A stretch of 64,000 bases of DNA from Thermofilaceae archaeon. Lineage in GTDB: Archaea > Thermoproteota > Thermoprotei > Thermofilales > Thermofilaceae. The notes beneath the pieces are model-generated. The model searched no databases, was not told the DNA's origin, and was given only the letters and a program-made list of their open reading frames with translations. Location of the stretch: assembly GCA_038861545.1 (NCBI GenBank), contig JAWCCZ010000003.1, positions 1 to 64,000 on the forward strand. The letters are read 5' to 3'. The position numbers and the translations under genes are program-made. Positions 28,409-38,674 of the stretch are shown one piece after another; position 1 is the stretch's first letter; each line of letters opens with the position of its first letter.

Positions 28409-29050
28409 ATGCATCACTACAAGTTGCTAGTACTAGATGTAGACGGCGTTTTAACTAAGACTAGCTCGATTTGGCAATATTTACATACTTTATTCGGTAC
28501 GAAGGAGAAAGCCGTGAGTACCGCAGAGGCCTTTAAACAAGGTCGCATTACTTATGAGGATTGGGCACGTCTTGACGCAGCTTTATGGAAAGGTAGAAAG
28601 TTAGATGAGCTTCAAAAAGCTCTTCATGATATCGAGATAAGAGAAGGGGCTAGAGAACTGATAATTTTAGCCAAGAAGAAGGGATTGTATACACTAGCTA
28701 TAAGTGCTGGACTTGGGTTTATAACCAATGAGGTGGTCGAAGAATTAGGTATAGACCACCAAATGTCAAACGAGCTAGAAATTATTAATAATACCTTAAC
28801 CGGTCGAGTGTTCATTCGAGTAACTTATAGTAACAAAGGAGACTTGCTAGCCGATTTTTGTAATAGGTTTTCAATAAAATTATCTGAAACCATAGTTATA
28901 GGTGATAACGAAGTCGACATACCAATGCTACGGCTTGCCGGGCTGGCTATAGCCTTCAATCCATTATCCCCACTTGTCATAACATCTTCGCATTTAACTG
29001 TGGAATCATCCACTCTTTTCCCCATTCTACACATTTTCGAAAAACTCTAG
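28409..29050 (+). CDS. HAD-IB phosphatase (phosphoserine phosphatase-like)
   Basis: DVDGVLT, ISAG, K, GDNEVD; ATG at 28409. Confidence 0.88.
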   Translation: MHHYKLLVLDVDGVLTKTSSIWQYLHTLFGTKEKAVSTAEAFKQGRITYEDWARLDAALWKGRKLDELQKALHDIEIREGARELIILAKKKGLYTLAISAGLGFITNEVVEELGIDHQMSNELEIINNTLTGRVFIRVTYSNKGDLLADFCNRFSIKLSETIVIGDNEVDIPMLRLAGLAIAFNPLSPLVITSSHLTVESSTLFPILHIFEKL

Positions 29051-29140
29051 CCAGCTAGCATGAACTGAGTGCTAAAATAAAAGGACGGAAGTTTCGCTCT
29101 ACATAATAGGTAGGATATACCCGGGCACCCAAATTCCTAT

Positions 29141-29593
29141 GTGCAGCAGTTCGAGAAGCTCACTAAAACGGAGAGTCTCATAGTGGCTGCTTATCTATCG
29201 AGACAGCCTCCCCCAAAAGCCAAGGATTTAGCTGCCGAGCTGGGAGTATCTGTAAAAACTGTGTACAAGGCCCTATACAAATACCGTAAACTCCGTCAAG
29301 AAAATGAATTCGAAGAGTACAAGGAGGCCTATAACCAACCATCTGGATTCGACGCCGCCCTAAACTTACAGGTCAACGATGAATTCCGTGACCTTAACGG
29401 GCTACTTGAGGCCGTTTATGAGTTAAAACAATCTATTGATTGCCTTAATTCCACGCTAAACAAAATCTTAAACGTGTTAGCAGAGAAAGAAGTTTTTTCC
29501 ATTCAGTCCAGATCGCCCACAGAAGGTTCTGACGAGCTCCCTGTTTTCATCAAAGACAATCCATGGCTAGAGATAATTCGGTCGCGTACTTAA
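29141..29593 (+). CDS. HTH-domain protein (putative regulator) with a coiled coil
   Basis: AKDLAAELGVSVKTVYKALYK; C-terminal DNPWLEII. Confidence 0.75.
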   Translation: MQQFEKLTKTESLIVAAYLSRQPPPKAKDLAAELGVSVKTVYKALYKYRKLRQENEFEEYKEAYNQPSGFDAALNLQVNDEFRDLNGLLEAVYELKQSIDCLNSTLNKILNVLAEKEVFSIQSRSPTEGSDELPVFIKDNPWLEIIRSRT

Positions 29594-29597
29594 TACG

Positions 29598-30824
29598 TTA
29601 TAATTGAATCTGTGAACGCTTGGCCAACGCGCGTAGAACGATTTTCCGGAATAGTGCTTGAAGCGCTCTATGGAAGGGATCCTCGAAGGATAGCTCGAAT
29701 ACTGCTAACGGATTCAATGCATAAAGAAGTTTCCTAAGGTTTTCTTCAGCCCTAACTATGCAGTAGAGGAAACCTATTAGCATAGCCTTATCTAAACTCG
29801 TTATTAATTGTATACCGAGTAGTTTTCCTTTCTGCGAGGCCACTATTTTCAAACTTGTTTCGCTCCAAGCCCCCCAACCCCTAATCTTTGTCACAGAAAC
29901 ACGTCTCCCCAAACTCTCCGCTTCGCTTGGTAGCATACCAAGCGAAGCGAAAAGCTTGTCTCCTAACTGAGCGATAAAACATCGTTTTATGTTCACCGGT
30001 TCCAAACCTATTAGGTCTAAGAAACATGATTGTGCTTGCAGCATTGATTCCCCCTCGCATGTTACATCAAACTTATACCCTTTTTGTCCGACGATCTTAG
30101 TAGCACAACCAATTGCCTTAATTCCTGGAATTCCCATGACGTTACAAAAACGATCAACTATTATGCGGGAGCCCCTCTTTAAACTAAGCCATATGGGCTG
30201 CGGGGCTTTTCCCCAAGCATAACTTACGATCAGAGATTTTTCATCAATTTTATCTAAACCATCTATTAATTTTACTCCACACTCAGTCAAATTCTTTAAA
30301 ATTTGTTCTTGTATATCATTATCGAATATTTTTGCACTCTTATCCAAATAAAAATATAATTGTTTAAAACCAGCTTTCAATAGCGCATCAATAAGGGGTA
30401 AAGCCGCTATGCTACCTATGACAGTCACATGCTTCTCTGTGTGTAAACATTCCCTTAGCAGCTTAGCGGATTCTGGATTTTTTAAATTTAAACATTTTCG
30501 AGCCCCGATATCGGGTTCAGGCCAGATGGATACCAAGAGGGTACCCCGGTGAACCTCCTCATCAACTATGAACTCGCCAGGTCCAGTTACTTTAATGTCT
30601 TGAGGGTTTATCACTTCAATTAAATCGCTTGAACTTAAAAGAGTGGTGCTAATTAATTGAGGCGAAGCTGTTAAACCAACAGCATAGTAGGGTAATAAAG
30701 AGTACGAGAAGCCAGGGCATTCGCTGGTTTTCACTAATAACACCTGGTCTTTCCTTGAAACCTTCCTATAGTTATGAGCTACTATACAGGCGCTCAGATC
30801 ATCACCCAAGATGACTAGAGTCAT
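29598..30824 (-). CDS. Degenerate CoA-disulfide reductase/NADH oxidase-like protein
   Basis: Family layout retained (..LPYY..G, VTVIG, IIVD, LKIVA..GKLLGIQ) but GxGxxG motifs and the redox Cys are substituted. Confidence 0.65.
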   Translation of the reverse strand: MTLVILGDDLSACIVAHNYRKVSRKDQVLLVKTSECPGFSYSLLPYYAVGLTASPQLISTTLLSSSDLIEVINPQDIKVTGPGEFIVDEEVHRGTLLVSIWPEPDIGARKCLNLKNPESAKLLRECLHTEKHVTVIGSIAALPLIDALLKAGFKQLYFYLDKSAKIFDNDIQEQILKNLTECGVKLIDGLDKIDEKSLIVSYAWGKAPQPIWLSLKRGSRIIVDRFCNVMGIPGIKAIGCATKIVGQKGYKFDVTCEGESMLQAQSCFLDLIGLEPVNIKRCFIAQLGDKLFASLGMLPSEAESLGRRVSVTKIRGWGAWSETSLKIVASQKGKLLGIQLITSLDKAMLIGFLYCIVRAEENLRKLLYALNPLAVFELSFEDPFHRALQALFRKIVLRALAKRSQIQL

Positions 30825-30875
30825 TCGAACTCATACATTAAATTCAAAGAGTATATTAAAATGGATAGATAAAAG

Positions 30876-32105
30876 TTGACGTGGACTATGCCTGGTGTCA
30901 GTAATGTGCAGATAGGTGTAGTGGGAAAACCTAATGTAGGTAAAAGTACTTTTTTTGCTGCAGCCACGCTGCATGATGTAAAAATTGCCCCCTACCCATT
31001 TACTACAATAGATCCCAATATTGGTATAGGATATGCCAGGTTCAAATGTATATGCAGAGAACTCGGAGTCAGAGACAATCCCCGTAATTCGCTATGTATC
31101 GAAGGATGGAGGTTTGCCCCAATCGAATTAATAGATGTAGCAGGGTTAGTGCCCGAAGCCTGGAAAGGTAGAGGATTAGGTAACAGGTTCCTTGATCACC
31201 TTCGAAGAGCGGATGCTCTAATACACGTGATAGATGCAGCCGGTTCAACCGATTCTGAGGGCAGACCTATGGAACCAGGCTCTCATGATCCTCTGACGGA
31301 TGTAGAGTTTTTGGAAAGGGAGCTCGACATGTGGATTTTCGGCATGCTAGAAAAGGACTGGAAGCGTTTTGCCACAACTGTAGAGGCCACGGGCTCTAAA
31401 TTAGATGAGGAGCTTTACAAGAGGCTCAGCGGCCTCAGCGTTGATGAAAAGTCGATTTCAGATGCTATAGAGGCTGCTGGTTTACAGTCTAGAAAACCCA
31501 CTACTTGGACTACGGAAAACTTGCTTGAATTTGTAAAAGAGCTAAGAGCCAGAGCAAAACCTATGATTATAGCCGCTAATAAAGCTGATCAACCAGCGGC
31601 TAAACAAAATATCGAGAGAATGCAGGAAATGCTTAGGGGCAAATATATAATCATTCCGACATCTGCCGAAGCCGAGTTAGTGCTCAGAAAAGCCGCGATG
31701 GCTGGTCTTATAAGGTACTTGCCGGGCGACAATGATTTCGAAATCATTGGGAGACTTAACGAGAAACAAGAGACAGCATTAGAGCTGATACGGAAAAGGG
31801 TTTTAAGAGTATGGGGGTCCACCGGAGTGCAGCAAACTATAAATACGTTAGTGTTTGACGTGCTCGATTACGTAGCCGTTTTTCCAGTCGCAGACGAGCA
31901 TAAATTTTCTGATAACCAAGAACAAGTGCTACCTGATGTTTATCTCCTTAGAAAAGGTTCAACTATCCGTGATCTAGCATATGTTATTCACAGCGATTTT
32001 GGAGAGAAATTCATCACTGCCATAGATGCTATATCTGGTAAAAGAATGGGTGCGAATGAGTTTCTTGCACATAGATCTGTGGTCAAAATTGTAGCTGGAC
32101 GCTAA
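30876..32105 (+). CDS. ychF: Obg-family ATPase/GTPase YchF (OLA1) with a TGS domain
   Basis: GKPNVGKST, YPFTTI, DVAG, NKAD, IHSDF. Confidence 0.93.
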   Translation: MTWTMPGVSNVQIGVVGKPNVGKSTFFAAATLHDVKIAPYPFTTIDPNIGIGYARFKCICRELGVRDNPRNSLCIEGWRFAPIELIDVAGLVPEAWKGRGLGNRFLDHLRRADALIHVIDAAGSTDSEGRPMEPGSHDPLTDVEFLERELDMWIFGMLEKDWKRFATTVEATGSKLDEELYKRLSGLSVDEKSISDAIEAAGLQSRKPTTWTTENLLEFVKELRARAKPMIIAANKADQPAAKQNIERMQEMLRGKYIIIPTSAEAELVLRKAAMAGLIRYLPGDNDFEIIGRLNEKQETALELIRKRVLRVWGSTGVQQTINTLVFDVLDYVAVFPVADEHKFSDNQEQVLPDVYLLRKGSTIRDLAYVIHSDFGEKFITAIDAISGKRMGANEFLAHRSVVKIVAGR

Positions 32106-32135
32106 ATCGGGCCATTACTCTTAAAAATCCATACA

Positions 32136-33011
32136 GTGTCCGGCAGCAGAGGGTGTGGGCGAGTGTCGCTCATCGAACTAAAAGACATTCACTTCAGATA
32201 CGCAGGTAGTGATGAATACTCATTAAAAGGCATATCCTTCTCTGCTAGCAGAGGTGAGTATGTACTCCTCGTAGGACCTTCTGGTTGCGGTAAGAGCACC
32301 TTGTTGCGCCTTCTTAATGGGTTAATTCCTCATTTTTATGAAGGTGATTTGGAGGGACAGGCTGTAGTAGCTGGCTTAGATGTACGGAATACACCTACTC
32401 ACATATTAGCCAAGCATGTCGGGATGGTTTTTCAAGATCCCGAAAACCAGCTTTTCCTTTCAAGTGTAGAGAGGGAAATAGCCTTTGGCTTAGAGAACAT
32501 GGGATTACCTAGAGCAGAAATTAAGAATCGTGTTGAGGAAACTCTAAGGATTTTCGGACTAAAGGAATTACGGTATAAAGCCCCTTATGAGCTAAGCGGC
32601 GGGCAGCAGCAAAAAGTGGCTATAGCCTCAGTTATGGCTATGGAACCCGAGATACTTGTGCTGGATGAGCCTACAGCGAATCTTGATCCCTTAAGTGCTT
32701 TAGAAGTACTTTCACTCGTAAATGTGTTAGTTAAGGATGAGGGAATACTTACGATAATGGTAGAGCATCGATTGGAGCTTGCGCTTGGGTTTACATCACG
32801 CTTAGTTGTAATGAATAATGGACAGTTGGTGTTTGACGGGGATCCTCGCGATGGTGTTGTTCGCGCTCATCGCTTGATTGGTTACCCTCCTGTAGTCATG
32901 ACCTATAATTTAATGAAGCGAAGAGGCTTAGCTGAAAACACCATCCCTTTAACTCCTGAAGAACTAGCTGAAGAGGTGATCAAGGCATGGCCAAAGAGGA
33001 AGCAATCGTAG
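32136..33011 (+). CDS. ECF transporter ATPase (EcfA)
   Basis: GPSGCGKST, VFQDPENQ, LSGGQQQ, LDEPT. Confidence 0.92.
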   Translation: MSGSRGCGRVSLIELKDIHFRYAGSDEYSLKGISFSASRGEYVLLVGPSGCGKSTLLRLLNGLIPHFYEGDLEGQAVVAGLDVRNTPTHILAKHVGMVFQDPENQLFLSSVEREIAFGLENMGLPRAEIKNRVEETLRIFGLKELRYKAPYELSGGQQQKVAIASVMAMEPEILVLDEPTANLDPLSALEVLSLVNVLVKDEGILTIMVEHRLELALGFTSRLVVMNNGQLVFDGDPRDGVVRAHRLIGYPPVVMTYNLMKRRGLAENTIPLTPEELAEEVIKAWPKRKQS

Positions 33012-33841
33012 TCGAAAACGTATATTTCTCATATAATGGATTTGAAGTTCTTAAAGGAGTATCGCTAACTGTGAAGACCGGAGAAGTACTAGCATTAATG
33101 GGAGGAAATGGAGCTGGAAAAACCACGCTAATAAAGCAGTTTAACGGTTTGCTGAAACCGCAAAAAGGTAGAGTGCTTGTCTTTGGTACGGATACCCGGG
33201 AGGCAAGCGTTGCCCAATTAGCTAGATGGGTCGGTCTTGTATTTCAAAACCCGGATCATCAGCTTTTTTCAGAAAGTGTTGAAGAAGAAATACTATTCAC
33301 TCTAAGGAACATGGGATACCCGGAAAACCGTGTAAAGGAGCGCTGCGAATATATTCTCCGGTTATTTGATTTAAACAAGTATGGGCAACGATCACCTTAC
33401 ATGTTGAGTATTGGCGAAAGGAAAAGATTGGCGATAGCCACTGTTGTGAGCTATGACCCAGATGTGTTAGTCTTAGATGAACCAACAGCTGGGCAAGACT
33501 ATTTCAATAAGAACAAGTTAGCTAGACTAATTAATATGATGAAAATGAAGGGAAAGGGCATCGTGGTAGTCACACATGATATGGAATTCGCTACTCAAAT
33601 AGCAGATAGAGTGGCTTTGATGGCAGATGGGAGAATAGCGAAGGTGGGGTCAGCTAGAGATGTACTTACTGACAGAGAGAGTTTAAAGGTTGCTAGGTTA
33701 CTACCGCCACAAATCACGTGTACGGCGGCGCTCTTGATGCAGAGGGGTTTTACTATGTCACGGATACCTATACTTCCCGGAGAGCTTTACTCTGAGCTTA
33801 CAAAGCTACTCAATTCGAGAGGAGAGGGTGGTAACTTATGA
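32987..33841 (+). CDS. ECF transporter ATPase (EcfA')
   Basis: GGNGAGKTT, VFQNPDHQ, LSIGERKR, LDEPTAGQD. Confidence 0.92.
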   Translation: MAKEEAIVVENVYFSYNGFEVLKGVSLTVKTGEVLALMGGNGAGKTTLIKQFNGLLKPQKGRVLVFGTDTREASVAQLARWVGLVFQNPDHQLFSESVEEEILFTLRNMGYPENRVKERCEYILRLFDLNKYGQRSPYMLSIGERKRLAIATVVSYDPDVLVLDEPTAGQDYFNKNKLARLINMMKMKGKGIVVVTHDMEFATQIADRVALMADGRIAKVGSARDVLTDRESLKVARLLPPQITCTAALLMQRGFTMSRIPILPGELYSELTKLLNSRGEGGNL

Positions 33842-34614
33842 GTGGAGTACTCGACATTTTCAGGTTCAGACAAAAAAATACGTTCTTGCATTCGCTTGAC
33901 CCCAGAGCAAAGTTTACAATTCTGCTAGCTCTTAGCGCCGCTTCTCTTGCTTTATCTGATCCATTTAGCCTTTCAGTTCTCTTGTCCGTTGAAATCATAC
34001 TGCTTAAAATAGCAAAATCGCTTTCAGAATGGGTTAAGTCATTAAGAGGCCTAGCCTCTATGGTGGTTTTAATATTTATACTAAACTACTTAACTTTACC
34101 TTTCAGTAAGCTATATGTCTCAGTTGCGATGTCTTTAAGGTTTCTGAGCCTCGCAACGGCTTTCTCGGTTTTCTTTTTAACAACAACCCCCGATGAAGTA
34201 TCTACTGCGCTTGAAGTTTCTGGAGTTCCTCGTGAATACACGATGATGTTCACAATGTCATTGCGTTTTGTTCCATCACTAGCTAGAGATCTACAAACAG
34301 TATCTGATGCTCTCAGATCTAGGGGTTTAGAGTTAGATCGTGGCGGTTTAAAAGAACGATTGAGGAATTACACATATCTTCTAGTTCCATTAATAGTCTA
34401 TGAGCTAAAGAGAAGCCTTATGGTTGCTGAAGCTTTAGAAGCTAGGGGTTTTGGAGCCATCAAAAAGGTTGAACCTTTTTATGAACTTCGACTCAGGATA
34501 AGAGATTACTTTGTATTAACTCTCAGCTGCTGTGCTGTCTTAATGGTAGTTATCTTACATTTAACTGGAATTTACTCATGTTTCACCTCCAAGCTTACTG
34601 GAGTTATACCTTAG
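33838..34614 (+). CDS. ECF transporter transmembrane T component
   Basis: LHSLDPRAK, LRFVP, SRG and EARG motifs. Confidence 0.92.
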   Translation: MSGVLDIFRFRQKNTFLHSLDPRAKFTILLALSAASLALSDPFSLSVLLSVEIILLKIAKSLSEWVKSLRGLASMVVLIFILNYLTLPFSKLYVSVAMSLRFLSLATAFSVFFLTTTPDEVSTALEVSGVPREYTMMFTMSLRFVPSLARDLQTVSDALRSRGLELDRGGLKERLRNYTYLLVPLIVYELKRSLMVAEALEARGFGAIKKVEPFYELRLRIRDYFVLTLSCCAVLMVVILHLTGIYSCFTSKLTGVIP

Positions 34615-34789
34615 GCGCAAGAACTAGGAAAACACTCTTAAGTATGAGTTTTCGTTAACAGTTTAAAATACATCCGAATTTTATTTAACTTTTGATGGAA
34701 GAAGAAATATATTTTTCATTATCGTATTCGCTATCGATTTTGGGCAATTCTAGGATAAAACTTTTACTACAGAAGATTATGTAGGATCT

Positions 34790-35725
34790 GTGCCTAAAGT
34801 TCTTGTTTGTGATCCGTTACCGGAGAAATTCATCGAATATTTGAAAGAGAAGGGCTTCGAGGTAGACGTGGTTCAAAGTCCCCCACCAAATATTTTATGC
34901 CAAATAATTATTGACTATGATGCAATAATCGTTAGAAGTGCGACAAAGGTAACCGCCGAAGTAATAAAGGCTGGTAAGAGGCTAAGGTTAGTAGCAAGAG
35001 CGGGGGCTGGAGTAGACAACATAGACGTAGGAGCAGCGTTAGAGCAAGGAGTAAAGGTGGTGAATACGCCTGATGCTGTATCAAATGCAGTAGCGGAGTT
35101 GACTTTATGTCTCACGCTTTCTTTGATAAGGTCAGTGCCCTCAGCCATCAAGAGTTTAAAATCCGGCAAATGGGATAAAAAAATCTTCATTGGAAGAGAG
35201 TTAGCAGGGTTAACTGTCGGTATAGTAGGCCTAGGTAATATTGGTACCCTCGTGGCAATGAAAATGAAAGCCCTCGGCGCAAATGTAATCGCCTATAGGC
35301 GCAACGTGGATAAGCTGAAGAAGGATTCAGAGAGGCTTGGAATTGAAGCCGCCAAAAGCTTGGAAGACCTACTTAGCAGAAGTGAGCTAGTAACTCTACA
35401 CGTACCTTATGACTCTAGTACTCATCATCTTATAAACGATTCTAATATTCGACTAATGACCCGGACTTCTTACCTCATAAATACATCTAGGGCTTGGATA
35501 ATTGAGGGAAAAGCTCTATTAGCTGCTCTGAACGATGGACGTCTAGAGGGAGTAGCTATTGATGTACATTACAACGAACCCCCCTGCGAAGATTGGGAGT
35601 GGAAACTTATAAGACATCCACGCGTAATAGCAACTCCACATATAGGAGCACAAACTAAAGAGGCCAATGAAAGGATTGTAAGGCAGTTAGCCGAAAAAAT
35701 AATTGCTGAGTTCGCTGAAGCTTAG
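34790..35725 (+). CDS. D-isomer-specific 2-hydroxyacid dehydrogenase (SerA-like, no ACT domain)
   Basis: RAGAGVDNID, GLGNIG, INTSR, TPHIGAQT. Confidence 0.9.
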   Translation: MPKVLVCDPLPEKFIEYLKEKGFEVDVVQSPPPNILCQIIIDYDAIIVRSATKVTAEVIKAGKRLRLVARAGAGVDNIDVGAALEQGVKVVNTPDAVSNAVAELTLCLTLSLIRSVPSAIKSLKSGKWDKKIFIGRELAGLTVGIVGLGNIGTLVAMKMKALGANVIAYRRNVDKLKKDSERLGIEAAKSLEDLLSRSELVTLHVPYDSSTHHLINDSNIRLMTRTSYLINTSRAWIIEGKALLAALNDGRLEGVAIDVHYNEPPCEDWEWKLIRHPRVIATPHIGAQTKEANERIVRQLAEKIIAEFAEA

Positions 35726-35764
35726 CGTGCAATTTTTAAAGGGAGACCTTTGCTCTCTATAACT

Positions 35765-36292
35765 ATGGGATATTACAAGTACATTTCCCAGCTATGGAAG
35801 CGCTCGTTAAATAAGCCGTTGGTTGAATTATACAGGAAAAGATTAGTTGAATGGAGACGACAGCAATCGATAGTTAGAGTTGAGAAACCTACACGTATAA
35901 ACCGGGCTCGAGCCTTAGGATATAAGGCTAAGCAAGGCTTCATTGTTGTTAGAGTTAGGGTTCGAAAAGGCGGTTTAAATAGGCCTAGACCCAGCTCGGG
36001 GAGAAGACCTAAAAGAATGGGAGCAGTCAAGTATACTCCTCATAAAAGTTCACAGTTTATAGCTGAAGAAAGAGTGGCCAAAAAATATCCTAACTTAATT
36101 TTGCTTGGGTCATACTGGGTCGGTGAAGATGGTAAATATGAATGGTATGAAATAATCATGGTTGATCCTGAAAATCCATGCATTAAAAGCGATACCGAGA
36201 GAAATTGGGTAAGTGGGATAAGTAAAAAAGTTAAATATAAATCCAATAAAATAAAAAGAGTTCTTGATAAAATAGAGAAGAGAACCGGATAG
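35765..36292 (+). CDS. rpl15e: 50S ribosomal protein L15e
   Basis: [39 protein letters not shown]. Confidence 0.95.
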   Translation: MGYYKYISQLWKRSLNKPLVELYRKRLVEWRRQQSIVRVEKPTRINRARALGYKAKQGFIVVRVRVRKGGLNRPRPSSGRRPKRMGAVKYTPHKSSQFIAEERVAKKYPNLILLGSYWVGEDGKYEWYEIIMVDPENPCIKSDTERNWVSGISKKVKYKSNKIKRVLDKIEKRTG

Positions 36293-36298
36293 ATTCCT

Positions 36299-36748
36299 GT
36301 GAAGCCCTTTATAAGTTCCTTGGAGATATTTACTCTTTGCCATGCTACCGAGAATTCGGAAAAAGTGAAAAGAAGTATTATGAATTTGTTACCCTTTTCA
36401 ATTAAAACTTTATATGAAAGTTTAATCGATGTAACTTTACTTGAGGGTCATTACGGAAATCCGATATTTTTTCTTAAACTTAAAATAGATAATTCTGTCC
36501 ATGCAACTTTGATAATTAAGCATTTAATGAAGAATTTAGACCCTTCAGATATTTTGAATTTGGAGACGGCAATTGATTTACATCAGGATTCGAGTGGTAA
36601 CCTATACTTAAGGTTTGACAAGCAACAAGCCTATCTTGGACGGGTTAAATTGAATAAAGGTGATGATGTAATTAAGATAAAAATAAGATTTAAGCCGTTC
36701 GCGAGGCAGGAATTTAAATCGAGAGGGTTAAGGGTTTTTTTAGAATGA
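36299..36748 (+). CDS. Exosome-operon RNA-binding protein (COG1325-like)
   Basis: HATE..EKV, GHYGNPI, LYLRFDKQQA. Confidence 0.85.
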   Translation: MKPFISSLEIFTLCHATENSEKVKRSIMNLLPFSIKTLYESLIDVTLLEGHYGNPIFFLKLKIDNSVHATLIIKHLMKNLDPSDILNLETAIDLHQDSSGNLYLRFDKQQAYLGRVKLNKGDDVIKIKIRFKPFARQEFKSRGLRVFLE

Positions 36749-37494
36749 AAAAAAGAAAGTTCTACGACCTTTTTGTAAGCGCCGATTGTATCACAGATGG
36801 AGTTCTCGATTGCTTAAAAGGACTTGGATTTAGCGGCGTTGGCGCGGTGGTTAGTATAGGGCGGTTAATGTCATCACCAGGTCATTCAATGGAATTGATT
36901 GAGTCTTTAAGACGAAGAGGTTTAGAGTTAGATATGGATATAGCATCTAGGTTAACTATCGATAAGCCGTTTGATGAGGATTTAATAAAGAAGATTTTAA
37001 GAAAATATAGAAAAAAATTTGAGATAATATCAATTCAACCCTTAAGGAGAGGGATAACCGCTTTTGCCTGTAGGGATACAAGGATCGATATTCTGACTCT
37101 TTCACTAGGCACTAAAATATTCAGAGGCGATATCGATTATATTAGGATGTATGATAAGAGGGTTGAAATCACACTAAGATTGCTCCAGCAGGCGGATATC
37201 CATGGAAAAGCTAAGGTTCTAGCTTATTATCAAGACATATTAAGGAAACTTTGTAGGAAAAAAATGTCTACTATACTTCTGTTTTCTTCAGGAGCCCAAG
37301 ACCGAAGGGAGTTACGCGATCCTAGGATGATGGCTTCAATACTCCATACACTAGGCTTGAGTTACGATGAAGCATTGAATATTATTTCAACATATCCAGC
37401 AAGGCTTGTAAATGAGAACAGAGATAAGCTGAGAGGATTAGTGCCGGCGAGGGGAGTTAAAATATTAGAAGACGAAAATATAACCAAGTATTAA
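36745..37494 (+). CDS. rnp3: RNase P subunit Rpp30
   Basis: FYDL, A.RD.RIDIL, SSGA....ELRDP; operon context. Confidence 0.85.
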   Translation: MKKRKFYDLFVSADCITDGVLDCLKGLGFSGVGAVVSIGRLMSSPGHSMELIESLRRRGLELDMDIASRLTIDKPFDEDLIKKILRKYRKKFEIISIQPLRRGITAFACRDTRIDILTLSLGTKIFRGDIDYIRMYDKRVEITLRLLQQADIHGKAKVLAYYQDILRKLCRKKMSTILLFSSGAQDRRELRDPRMMASILHTLGLSYDEALNIISTYPARLVNENRDKLRGLVPARGVKILEDENITKY

Positions 37495-37581
37495 TTAGAA
37501 CATAGTTACATTCAATTTGCTATATGAAAGACATAGGTGATATTTAAAAGATTTTTCTACCACCTTTAGCTCGCTTATAGT

Positions 37582-37881
37582 ATGGTTTACCGTTATATGG
37601 TACTTCGAATTCAAGAAGCCAGTAACCTAGTTTCGGAAATCAATAACGCAGTACTAGAGTTATGGGGTGTTAAGGGATTAGCGGATACGATGCCTGAAGT
37701 GGTTCACCTGGACTTAGTAAACAGTATCGCAATCCTTCGCGTGAAAAGGAGGGGTCTTCACTTAGTTAAAGCCGCTCTTGCCGCATACCGCAAACAACTG
37801 GCGATTATATTAAAAGTAACTGGGTCTTATAAAAGGGCATTAAAGTTTGCAGAAAACATAAGCAAAAAACCAAGTTTTTAA
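37582..37881 (+). CDS. rnp2: RNase P subunit Pop5/Rpp14
   Basis: YRY, LWGVKG, ILRV.R, KVTGSYKRA; operon context. Confidence 0.8.
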   Translation: MVYRYMVLRIQEASNLVSEINNAVLELWGVKGLADTMPEVVHLDLVNSIAILRVKRRGLHLVKAALAAYRKQLAIILKVTGSYKRALKFAENISKKPSF

Positions 37882-37883
37882 GC

Positions 37884-38627
37884 ATGCTATACGGTACTTC
37901 TATGGTGGACGAGATGTTTACACCTCCAGGAGTGGGCTATGATAGAGCAGTTGCATTATTTTCACCTGATGGAAGACTCTTTCAGGTAGAGTACGCGCAT
38001 GAGGCTGTTAGAAAAGGGTCAACGACTATAGGGATCAAAGTGACTGAGGGAGTTGTTCTAGCTGCTGAGAAAAGACAACCCTCTAGGCTGGCTGAAAGCG
38101 CGGAGAAAATCAAGAGGGTTGATGAACACATAGGCCTAGCTTTTTCAGGTTTATTCGGAGATGCTAGAGTATTGATAGATGACGCTAGAGTCCACGCGCA
38201 AATATACAGACTCACATATGGTGAACGGATACCAGTAGAATTGTTAGCTAAAAGGATATGTGATATAAAGCAAGTTTACACGCAGCACGGAGGCGTTAGA
38301 CCTTTTGGTGTATCTTTTTTGATAGCTGGCGTAGATAGGCATGGACCGCATTTAATAATGACGGATCCTGGTGGAAGTTATATGAGCTATAAGGCTGAAG
38401 CCATAGGTGCGGGAGCTCAAGCAGCAAAAGACTTTCTAGAACAGACCCACAGCGATAATGCAGATCTTGAAGAAACAGTATTATTAGCGCTAAAAGCACT
38501 CGATAAGGCAATTGAAGGCGGAGTAACACCCCCCAAGGTGGAGATGGCTGTAGTTACAGTAAAAGATCAAACTTTTAGAATATTATCACAAAATGAAATT
38601 AATGAATATTTTAATAAAATGCGCTAA
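37884..38627 (+). CDS. psmA: 20S proteasome alpha subunit
   Basis: YDRA..FSPDGRLFQVEYA, GVRPFGVS. The true start is likely 37914. Confidence 0.96.
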   Translation: MLYGTSMVDEMFTPPGVGYDRAVALFSPDGRLFQVEYAHEAVRKGSTTIGIKVTEGVVLAAEKRQPSRLAESAEKIKRVDEHIGLAFSGLFGDARVLIDDARVHAQIYRLTYGERIPVELLAKRICDIKQVYTQHGGVRPFGVSFLIAGVDRHGPHLIMTDPGGSYMSYKAEAIGAGAQAAKDFLEQTHSDNADLEETVLLALKALDKAIEGGVTPPKVEMAVVTVKDQTFRILSQNEINEYFNKMR

Positions 38628-38674
38628 AATAATGGTGTCTTATTGTTAATACTATATTTATAAATCGAGTTAAA

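Noticed and set aside
29055-29105. Small K-loop-like hairpin (TAGC ATGA ACT GAGT GCTA) followed later by ACA, suggestive of an H/ACA guide
   Set aside because: No convincing pseudouridylation pocket or target could be identified by eye.
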